A stretch of 64,000 nucleotides of DNA, taken from the NCBI GenBank assembly GCA_051294905.1, contig CM119381.1:21514001-21578000 (forward strand), written 5' to 3'. The position numbers and the translations under genes are program-made. Origin of the DNA: Botryllus schlosseri (taxonomy: Eukaryota). Below are positions 27,001-39,000 of this stretch, piece after piece (the stretch's first letter is position 1; every line of letters begins with the position of its first letter). The notes beneath the pieces are model-generated. The model saw only the letters and a program-made list of their open reading frames with translations, did no database searches and was not told where the DNA came from.

Positions 27001-30000
27001 CCTAATTCAATCATCCTTTACAGTTATGCATGTTGCTCACAAACATTTATGATGCCCGCGTCATTCCGGACAGCGAACTCTATGTCACTCCCTCGCATCA
27101 TATGTCTACGAACAAGACTGTGTGAATCTATGCCTACGCCTGCGGTAGCAACATACTATGCATATTGAATTATTCATAGTTGTGAATAAGTGTTAATGAT
27201 CGGGAAATATCGAAGTAAAGGCAAATATGAACTTCAAACTCCGTCGTTGCCAAGACTTTCGTAAAACATTTTGGAATGAAACTCTGAGATAGTGGGGATG
27301 GTTCGAGCACTCTGTTCACGTTCACATTAGATACGTGAACGGAACGTTACAATGATGATTCAGAACAGTGGTCCATTTAATAATATTAGAAGAGCTTCTT
27401 GGAGGTACAGAATTTCAATAAACAATTGAATAGTATATTCACGTTGATATAAACCCGAATATCTTCGGCTGACACTCGTTAGGGGTAATCGTCAGCAACT
27501 ATTAGAGAATTGGAAAGAACATTGTATATCAACAATCGTGCCACAAAATATGACGTCACCAACATGAAATTTCAAGCGAGAGAGCGTTCAATGTACTATT
27601 TTCAGGTGGTACACGAACTCCTTTTGTTGACAGAGCTTGGGTTGGTGTATTTTGATAAAAGTCGACTCCAAGGCACACAAATGGAAGTGTGAACGGCCCC
27701 TCCCAACGACGCGAAATCTGTCGCCTCGATAATTATTCGCACAAATCGGATTATCTAATAGATGTATGCTGATGGCACAATTAATGATCTTTGATCTGTC
27801 AGCATCAAGGTTAGGTGGATGAGTTAAGGGTGAGCTTCTCACCGAGCCTGATGCACGTGTTTGATAAATCTGGGGACATCATGCTGGTTTATGCGTTCCT
27901 GCAGACGCTTTGACGTTCGTAGCCACAATCACAGTGGCACTTATATTCGTACACTACATTACTTGGTTGAAGTGCAGGGAGCACGTCTTTGCGTGTCGAA
28001 GGGAGCAGTTGTGCAGTCGTAAAAATCACATTGGTTTCGCTCCTAGCCACCTCATCCGCGTCAGCGGTGTCTTACAAAAGCTTCGAGGTGGGTCGTGCTA
28101 TGAGTCGGCAGTTACGGAAAATAAGAATAATATCGGCCTGGTGTAAATGACCATAGTAGTCGACAAACACCATGAATACCACAAAACAAACAAACACATC
28201 TGTTTTTACTGTATCGTAACACTTACTGACCGCAGAAATCAATTGTTTTTCAAAGCGGGTGGAAATGGGACCAATCCAAGGTAGATGGATATAAACATCT
28301 TTGGTTGTTCGTTCTTAGGCTCTGTTGACTTTTCTTCGTTGAATTGCGTTAATTTTCTCTCTATGCCGCGGTTGATGACGTGTTCAGGGTAACCGTTATC
28401 AAGTAAGATTTTGCGGATGTTGTCAGGTTCTAAACTCAGTTTGTTACCCGAACATACCATCAACGCTATATGCACGAGGGATATCGTATCATCCACACAC
28501 CGATGCTAGATTTTTACTGATACCAAACCTTGCACTAATCAGAAGATATCTCTGAATGAAGTGTGACTGGTGAAGGCGTGTAGCTGTGCCATTGGGTTTT
28601 GATTTAGCTTGTGGTCAGGTACGTTTGAGCCAAACTCAAGTGGGGTAATAGAGGGATTAGACAACAAAATCGCTGAAATGTCTACATGCTCCGTGCTAAC
28701 GTTGTACATGATAATGTTTACCAAAATATTCAACTATGATTTTTTTCGCGCCCGGCGCGATTTACCTCGAGCCAATAATGATTGCTCTGTTTATCGTCCA
28801 AATTCCAAGTTCCAGAAGTATTGCAATAGCCATAAAATATCATAGACGACAGTTGTTGTTGTTTGTTTCGATGAATTGTTATATTCAATTTCTGTATATG
28901 AATGCTAAAATGAGGGATATTAGGTATGTCTAAAGCCGTCCAAGGCCACTTCTGTAAACCGGAAAAGAGGATTCTTGCAGACTAGCGTCAAACGCATGGA
29001 TGAATAGTGAATACCCGTAAGATGAGGATATATCTTACGTTCTGCTGGTCATTGACCTTTATATATCGTCTTTGTAAGGAGTAAATTTCGACATGCATAA
29101 TTTCACTAAAATCAGAATAACGGCTCCTAGTCAAGTATAAAGTGCATTAAGTCCAATATTACTCAGCGTATTAACCACCCGGAAACTTGCGTATTGCGTG
29201 CTGGAATACATAAAGAGCTATCACATAACGACATATATAATAGTATGTTGTAGTATGTGATATGCATTTTCAGTTTATTTCAATGTATATCACTCGCCAA
29301 TCTGCGTCTATCAATGCTAAAATAACCGATATATCATCTATACAAGTCTAAGTGCAATTTGTGCATGCTTTCGAGTTAGCTGGGTGGTGAGATCCAGAGG
29401 TAGGCGAGCTACTTTAAAATTTCCTTTATATGTAGCCTCTGTAGTTTGAAACGCGGCGCCGACGTAAAAAAAAGTTGTGAACCACTGTTCTAAACATTGA
29501 TCCTGATCTGAGAAATATCAAATTCTTCCAGAACACATAGCACGCTTGATCAATATTCCTATCATATTCCAATCAGTCGCAGCACTAAGGGCATTTAAGA
29601 GGAAATGAAGATGAATATTGTGTCGCCGACATTATACCGATTTATCGATTATACTGAAATATCTTGCCATTTCGCTGCAACCGCAAAGGCTACTAAGATA
29701 CAGAACTGCACAATTGTTACGGGTATTGAATTCTCCTCAATAGTGCAAAAATACTACCTGTGAATCAGAGCCTCTTTTGAGCCGAAAACTTGAATAAGCT
29801 AACGTAGGCTACCGATGCCAGAAGTCATCAACTACACGTGAATTTTCAGGGAACGGGGGACCGATAAGTGCAATCATGCGACAAGTCGTCGCACCAGTGG
29901 TGTCTAGGAAGAGATGCAGTGAGTTGAACCTTATCCAGAACATGTCGCAGTCGATCATATGCACTGGACTTCCCTTCGGTGGAGCAAGCACCTGTCAGGT

Positions 30001-33000
30001 AATTATACTGTCTTTCTACATATAGGCCACTGCATTTGCCTTCATTGTACAATAAATAATGATGGAATAATCGTGACTTCATGGCGTAGAAATGAAATAC
30101 TGTAATAGTGCATTGGGGCAATCACAATCAAATTTCGGACGGACATTTGTTGAGTTAGATGTAGGCCAATTATATAAGTAAGACCTGTGTAATTGTGTAT
30201 AATCCTTGGGTAATCGAAGACATAATATCCAATGCAAGATCAATTATCGGGTAAGGAAATCGCCTGCATGAACTGTATTAAACAGGGTGATTCTGGGGGG
30301 CCAGTGGCAGCGTTGCAGAATGGAACCTGGGTAGTCGCGGGACTCACATCGTTCGGGTCGTTTTGTGGCGAATCAACCATTCCAGGATCGTACGCAAACG
30401 TGCATTATCTACTACCGTTCGTCCATGATGGTAAGACGTCTTCTCCTGCCGTACATGATATTTCTAATATGCGTATTGCATGATGTTCATTAGCAGTCAT
30501 CCTATCTCCAAGAGTGTATTCGTGGCAATTGTTACACAAATAATGGTATCATATGCAATGTTCCCTCTAAGCTGCGCACGTGCGCAAATGCGCAGTGCTG
30601 AAACGGTCTCTGCGCACAGAAAATCTAGGCTGCGCACAAAAAATCCGAAGTGATGACTTTTTTTAAAATCGTTGCGCACTCTTGTCCAAGGCACCGCGCA
30701 GGCGCTCAGACTCGGGAAAAATGAGAGGGAACATTGCCAGCGGTAAATAGTGCTATCGCTGAAGTCTGAAACCGAGGTAGGCCCACAAGTGCGGTCCGAA
30801 AAGGCAAATATTGCGCTCCGCGAAGCAATGAGAATTTGCAATCGTTTGCGACTCACGAAAGAGATTTTTCTTTTACTATGGTATCGTACGCGTGAACGAT
30901 GCTGATATCATATAAATAGCGCAATCCTTTGTGGGAATGGCGAAATAACATGGTTTAACAAAGTTATAAATAACAGTGGGCCAGCTTGAAGTTAACTGCG
31001 AGAAACCTACGAATAGTCTTCTCCGCGTGTCATGAATATTGTGTAAGATTTACTGTACAATTACATGCATCGAATTTTCGAAGTCATCACTTCCATCAGG
31101 CGAATCTGATCACGTATGGTGATATAGGATAATATGCAGAATATGCAAGTACAAGCACCAATATTGTTGAAAAAATCCATCCCTTTGCAAACGTTGATCG
31201 GGAAATGCAGCAACTATATGCACTGTAGGGCGTTGCATTAGATCAGCTTCTCAGCAGCACTAATTTGCGATTTTATTCGATTCGTTTGAACGGGTATCTT
31301 CTGTCGATAAGGTCATACGCTGATCTTGTTCTTGCTTCAATCAGACTTGAATATTCGTATCATTATATCTGACTGTATGTCTTGATAGTAATGAATGCAT
31401 TGCCGGTATTAAGACGTCACATCAGTGTTTCAACGCGATAGGCCTACATCGATCGCATGTATTGATTTCAAGTGCGTTCTCGTGCGTACTGTATGTCTGT
31501 CTTCTAGTAATCCATAGTATGTCACCATATCGTCGCAGTGGAATCAAAGTGACTTATGTCCAGATTTCAATATCTTTTGGCATAGCAGATAGGAGGTCAC
31601 GAAATAGCATGAAGTCATTATACCAACGGGTACGCCCGAAGGTGTTTAATTATATTTAGGGGTCCTACCTTTTCCAACACATCTCACTCGATCAGCTTTA
31701 CCTGTAAACGTGATTACGTGAGCAGAGACAGGATTAAAATTGATAGCAATATATGCATTTCTCGATGATATTGACCGATTTGATCATGAATTATAGATAA
31801 TTTTCGCGCTTCGCGCGTTTAGTTGGAACGCCCACTAAACGAAGACCAGACACAGATGATTAGTAGCGGGGGAAAGCGTGCAGCATGAGGGGGGTCGGTT
31901 TATCACCCTATGGGGGCCTGGTTGCGCACTGTTGTCCAAGGGCCTGCGCAGTGAGTTGGCGTATTTGCGCAGACTCGTGAAAAATTAGAGGGAACATTGA
32001 TCATATGGTATTCGATTTCAATCAACAATCAACACGCTTGTCCCGTGCGACCGCACATCAGCTTTTCGATAGAACGGAACTGGAGTAGCCGTTGCGTGTA
32101 ATGACTAACTGTCGAGCATTTGTAAATGTATGTTATAGTCTCGAAACAGTAAATCGCACTCCCCCATTGCGTGTATTGCAGATAAAGATCATCCAATCTA
32201 GCCTATAACATATCGTTAAAAATACGATGGCAATATACTCTAAATGAGAGATTGCATTGCTGTCTGTTAAACTCAAGAGCGGCGAGACGGCTTGTTAACT
32301 ATAGGGTTGCTTTCGAAAGACACTCATGTGCTTATGCCAAAGTGTCCTAGTGCCGAGGGTAGTGGTTAAATCCATACAGCTGCAACACCTATAGATTGTA
32401 GGTTCGAGGCCAGGCACTCTTTAGCGCTTAGTGCATGGGTTTTAAATTGAGTTATGAAAACGTATGACGTCAGACTTGCAATGCTTTGCCTATCGATTGT
32501 ATTTGTAATATAGATATAACTATAATTGTAAACAGGAGTGGAATTTTAATGTAGTACGTGAATTAACTAGAACTAGACTATTGGCCATCTCGAAATTGAG
32601 CTCTGGTGATTGCTCGGGTCGGTATTATCATTTGGTCAGCAACAGAGTTATTAATGGGCTGGATGAAATTGTCTGTCCTGCCGGCCGTGTGTTTGACACC
32701 CCTGCTATACTGTTTTTCCGTACAGATATGTGATTGCTCTTTGTAGGCAGAAACGAAACAACACTTTTAAGCCAATTTATGCCCCAAAGAACACTGGTCT
32801 AGGACCCACCATGTGATCGATGCAACTTCTGGTGGGCTTATTATATGCATCTGGTTGTTAAATTTTGTGAGTGAATTCTGTCAATCATTTCGACATGACA
32901 GGGGACGTAATTGCACATTGCTAAGTCATATTCATGTCATGCGGATAAGGCTATTTATGAGGCGAAATGCCGGTCCGCACCAGCAGGCTGCACATCTGGT

Positions 33001-36000
33001 GGTTTCCAACCTATGGTCGCAACTCCATTTTCAATTTGAAAACATTCCGTGGCCCACCTGACTCTACTAAACGAATGGTCAGCACAGGGTTGTAACCAAG
33101 TCATAAAACTCCGAGTCACAAGTCAAACTCATTTTTATAGTTTTGACTCGAGTCAAGTCGAGTCATTTTCAATTCACCACCGAGTCAAGTCCGAGTCCAA
33201 GTCTTCTAGCAGATATTCAAGTCCGAGTCATGATATTATGACTCGAGTCCGAGTCCAAGTCATTGTGTTGACTGCTCAGTTTCAAGTTAAAGTCCAACTT
33301 TTATACCTCTGTTTGGTGATATCGATGGTTCGCATTTATAGAATACTAGTTTTCCCCACTTTTAACAGTTTCTTGTCGCATTTTCAAGTACCAGTACCAA
33401 TAGACGAAATCCCTATAGGCTGGTTACTTTACTTGTTCTTCGAAATTACAATGAAATGTCGGTCTTGGCCGTCTGACTCTCGAGTCATATGACTTGGTTC
33501 GAGTCATTCGCAATGACTCGAGTCCAAGTCGAGTCAATACACAGATTGACTCGAGTCGAGTCATTTTCGTATTTTGAGAAAATGACTCGAGTCAAGTCGA
33601 GTCATCAGAAAATCGTGACTCGAGTTTGACTCGAGTCATTACAACCCTGGGTCAGCACCGTTGTCCAGACAACTCATGGCCTATGTTCGACGCTGATTAA
33701 GTTCAACATCCTCGCGATCGCCAGAAAAGGGCCAACACCCCAAGCTTGAGAACCACCATCGTTGACTAAAGCATCCAAACTGTCTTACCGACACTAGGAT
33801 AACATGGTTATCTTGAAATTGCGATTACAATTAGTCTGACTACAGTAAATGATAGGTATTTTAATTTATTTATTTATTATTGGAGTTTTTGCGACGCTAA
33901 TTCGCGCGCAGCGAGAAGATTAATTTCAAGTAGCCTAAATCGTCCCAAAACTAAGATATTGTTTATGTTGATTAACGAAAAAATTTCTGGTATTGCGCGC
34001 CAGCGCCTTTAACCAATGTATGCTGTGCTTGTGCGTGATCAGTATGTACTGGTATGAGTGGTTTCACCGGCGTATTACTTGATGAAATATCAGTACTTTA
34101 CGAATCGCTACATTATCCATTATATTTTAGTGATGACGAACGGCTTGACAGAAGTCACTGTAGGTGAGTGCTTTTTATGTCTGTTTTTCGTGAGTTCTGC
34201 GTCTATTTGATGATTTTTTGATGCAGTGAGCAGTGTGATAAGAGACAAAACAAGTGGCGTAATTTCATCTCCAAACTACGGCGTCGGAAAATACCCAGGA
34301 GGCGTTCATTTGCGTTGGTACATCATGGTAGAGCCCCAGCAGGTATATGTTGTAACAGGGTTGTAACCAAGTCACAAGGCTTCGAGTCACAAGTCAATCT
34401 CACTTTTATATTTTTGACTCGAGTCAAGTCGAGTCATTTTCAATTCCCACCGAGTCAAGTCCGAGTCCAAGTCAGCGAACAGAGGGTCGAGTCCGAGTCA
34501 TTGTGTTGACTGCTCAGTTTCCAGTTAAAGTCTTCCTAAACCCACTTTTTTAACTGTGTTTGGTGATATTGAATGGTTCGCATAATATATCAATTTTCCT
34601 CACTTTTAGCATTTTCAAGCACCAGTACCAACAAACGAAATCCCAATAGTGTGTTGGCTCCGAAATTACAATGAAATGTCGGTCTTGGCCGTCTGAATCT
34701 CGAGTCAATGACTTGCTTCGAGTCATGCGCAATGACTCGAGTCCAAGTCGAGTCAATACACAGATTGACTCGAGTCGAGTCGAGTCATTTCCGTATTTTG
34801 AGAAAATGACTCGAGTCGAGTCGAGTCATCCGAAAATCGTGACTCGAGTCCGACTCGAGTCGAGTCATGACTCGAGTCATTACAACCCTGTGTTGTAATA
34901 AGTGATATTCGGACAGTGACAACGGGCTCACATCCTATTCAACCAAAAGCCCTTCAATAACAACGGTTTGAAAATATATGATAGCAAAGGCGGCAAATCA
35001 GAATTAATCCAACTATTAACCAGAATGTAGGGTACTTACAATACCCCGACATATTACGAAACACGATAGTGCATTCCGTACGAATGTATTCTGACCGAGG
35101 GACTGAGGTCGACTCCGGAATCCCTTCTCAAATGTTGAAGGTTTGTTCAGGCTCCTCGCCGCCTCCTGATCCTTGTAAAAATCCAATAGATGTGGCCCAA
35201 GTCGGTAGCAACGGAATCATAATAAAGTACAATAAGATACTTGTATTTAAGGATTAACGATTCCAACCAAAAAAGTATTACAATTCTAACATGTGCACAT
35301 TGTGCACCAATGCCTACTTTAATATACGCTAGTTCGACATTTTGTCAAAATTATGTGTTTTAATGTAGAAAATGTCAATTTTCAGGCCAGAATTTTACGT
35401 TTTTTAAATAAAACATAATCTCCCGAGAGATGACCAAATGTCGTGTCAAATAACTTTGAAGCACTTCGATTTTGATTCGGTACAGAACATCGTAATAGCC
35501 AGCTAGTTCGATTACCGAAATCAGTCGAATATTATAAAATAACCTCTCGAGAAATACTATTTCGTGATTTTATACAACCAGCATCTTTTCGAGAAATTTC
35601 GTATTAATGACAGCAGGTTCAATTTGCGTGTCATATTGGGTTTTATACTTACAGTTGATTCAAATCAGATTTAATGAGGAATTCAGAATCGAGCAATCTG
35701 TATTCAACACTCCTTGTGCAGGGGACTATCTACTGATTTATGATGGAAGCTCGACTCTATCCCGTAAGGTACCGTCTCTAACGAATGAAGTATAGAGTAT
35801 AAACTGTGTCTGAACTGTCTATCTTGATGTGTTTTTGCTGCTCAGTACGGAGACAAACGTATTTGTGGTTACCGGCCGCCACTTGATTTAGAAAGCCAGA
35901 GCAATGCAGTGATTATAGAATTTCATTCCGATAATAGTTTCGAGGATGCGGGATTTTCACTATCGTGGCAAGCTGTAGGTAATCGATTCTATATCATTGT

Positions 36001-39000
36001 ACTGAAGTATATCTCTGATATACTTTTTGCTCAATATACATTACAGACGCTTGCGCATCGAATGAGCTGCGTTGTTGGAACCGAACTTGTTTGCCCGAAT
36101 CAATGAAATGCGATGGAGTTCAAAGTTGTCCGAGTAACAATGATGAATTGGAATGCGGTTGGTATCTTATTCTAGTCCCGATTAAAGCGATACGTGTCAA
36201 CATCGATCATGTACGAACAGCTCTAGGTACGCCAGGGTCAGCGGAGTGTGGGAAATCAGAAATTGCTCCTGAGTTCCCGTTCGTAAGTCTTTCATTTCTA
36301 ATTGGCGCCTGACGCATTATGGCTCGGCTGCACCCTTGTTCCATAATATGAGCATTGGGCTAAGCCGATTTCGTGATGAGTTCTAATCAACAATATTCGA
36401 TGACAATCTCACAGTCGGTTGTTCGATTAGAAGAAGAACTAAGATGTCGAAGCTGCTGCAGCCAGGGCCGTAACTGCCACGGCTCAATCCACCCAATTTT
36501 GGGAGCTCGATAGCGGCCCAAACTTATTTGGTTACTAAATATATAATATATAGAGTATTATTTGGTTGATGACCCTATGGTGGCCCAAGACCAACGCTTC
36601 TTGTGGAGTGACGGGGTGGGGGGCTGACGAAGTGCCACTACTGTTTCGGCCCTGGCTGTAGCTATGCTCTTCGCCGACGTAAAATAGAACACGAAATAGA
36701 CATAGCAGTCTACATTATTTTTGTAATATATAATTTCTCACTAACAATCACGAAGCCATCCACCTCCGTGGCAGCTATCCGAGAATTCGCTGGAGTTTTA
36801 ACGGGGCATTGGCGATCTACAAGTACGCGCAATTCATTTACGTGAATTATAATACACCACTGCATACATGGAAACGTCGTCTGTTTATATTTCGCGGTGA
36901 GCGCGACAAAAAATCTCGAGATTTGACAGATTTTGTTGTATGTTAATTTGCGATGAAAACTCAGAGAGATGTAGAACAATTGTTCTACTTTAATCATATG
37001 TCCTTACTGCACCATCTACTATACTGCGGCTGCATGCCTCATTCTTACGCAATGTACGTTGTGTCCCAGACTCCCCTGATTATAGGGGGACATAACGCGG
37101 TGAAAGGTTCGTGGCCGTGGCAAGTTGGACTGTACCGTAAAAATGGAGACTCTTACAGCTTCCTCTGTGGAGCCAGTTTGTTGTCGGAGTATTGGGTTTT
37201 AACGGCAGCCCACTGCAGTTTTAGGTAAGTATCTGACCCTTACCCTCCTAATTTCAGCCGATTTGGAGTAAACTAACCTAGAATGTGTATCTTTATACAG
37301 TGTTGCGATCAAATCACTACCTTCGAGTCACGAGTCATTTCGATTCGAGTCATTGCACATTTTGACGCGAGTCAAGTCAAGTCACTCGATTTTTGGAGGT
37401 GACTCGATTCAAGTCGAGTCAAGTCACGAGTCAAGTCACAATTCAAGTCAAGTTGCCTTTTCGAAGTATGAGGCATGATTACGTCATTGCATTTTGCTAG
37501 CTGTCTGAAATACAGATTGAGTGGTCATTGATTCCGAACCGAAGAACGAATATAGAGTTAAACATACACGCAAGAAGGCGATGTATCGCTCACATATATA
37601 CGTAGAACTGTTGAACTACGTAAGTAATTGTACATCCTCAGTTTATAGTTACAAGCCAAAATAGTGGTTAGAGAAACGAATAGCTAAGATGCAATACATT
37701 ACCCACTTACAAATTGATATGATAAAATTCGAGCCTGCACCAATGATTGAGGACTATATAAAGTATACACTATATTCGAATTCAATTTCAATAAAGCAAG
37801 AGGTTAAGGTGAGAACAGAAATAGACATTTTTCTATTTTATTACTTTACTACTAGTTTACGACAACGTAAGTTGTAAGTTTCGATCACTTCGTTTGCAGT
37901 CACTTTATTTGTCAAAGAATAATGGAGGCTCAGTGAAACGCACGGTCATTGAATGATTGGTCGCTCTCACGGGTTACACCAGCGTTTCGCGAACAACATA
38001 TGCAAGATACAGCGATTTTTATCGACACCGATTACTTGATGACTCGAATTTGACTCGTGAATTTTGCTCCAAGTCACGAGTCAATCCACATTTCTGATAC
38101 GCCCAGTCAAGTCAAGTCAAGTCATTTTAGCAAAGTGACTCGAGTCAAGTCATGACTCGAGTCATCGTAATACTGGTATCTTACGTGTACAACTGTACAG
38201 TGTACATATAGCAGTGTTGGGATCAAGTCAATACCTTCGACTCACAAGTCATCTCGAGTCGTTGAACATTTTGACTCGAGTCAATTCAAGTCAATCAATT
38301 TTCGAAGATGACTCTAGTCAAGTCAAGTCAATCGATTTTTCTAGGTGACTTGAGTGTCAAGTGAAGTCAGTCACGGAACAAGCCACAATTCGAATCACCA
38401 GTCAACTCAAATGGAGTTTTCGAAGTACGGGGCATGATTCAAAGTCATTGCCCTTTGCTAGCTGTTTGAAAAACAGATTGAGTGGCCCGTCATTCTGAAT
38501 CGAGGAATGAATGTTGGTTGAGTTATATGTACTCGCAAAAAGGCATTGTATCGATTACGCATATGTAGAACTGATAATTATAAAATGTTATTTTATAGCC
38601 TTAGTCTATAATTGCCAGTCATAATAGAGGATAGAATGCGAAACCTCAAAAAGTTTACTTAAATTTACGTGATGTAATACGATACCCATCTACACATCTA
38701 TGAGATACAACTGAAACTCGGGCGATTGGTGGCCGCGCTGAGAGCAGACGTGAGCGCAATGAACTATGGGACGCTGTCCGGGAAAATCTCTCTATTCGCC
38801 AAAGTCAGATATATGAATATATGGTAATGTTGTTCGCCGTCGTCCAAGGCGCATTCAATCGAAAATCGTCACCAACGCTCTACGCAGATATGTTTATTAT
38901 TTTACAACGTTGAGTATTTATAACCAAACAATCAATCCAACAACGTATAGACTAATTATTCAATGACATCTATTAAGCGCAAGTTATGAGCACACATTTG

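Noticed and set aside
29480-29620. LINE-like C-terminal peptide (LPEHI...LRAFKRK), and a similar trace at ~24700
   Set aside because: Too short and degraded to support by eye. A translated search against a repeat library would be needed.
30430-30483. Intron read-through giving a secreted single-protease isoform (stop at 30483)
   Set aside because: The donor G|gtaaga is strong, no polyadenylation signal was evident nearby, and the downstream exons join in frame. It cannot be supported without transcripts.
32350-32440. tRNA gene (tagtggttaa ... ggttcgaggcc)
   Set aside because: A- and B-box-like motifs are present but no cloverleaf stems. At most this is a decayed SINE head.
33049-34898. GACTCGAGTC arrays as a CRISPR-like locus, and ORFs 33049..33492 and 34671..34898 as genes
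   Set aside because: There are no constant-length repeats with unique spacers. The arrays lie within TIR/TSD-bounded MITEs in a spliced eukaryotic gene, and the ORFs are low-complexity read-throughs of the arrays.
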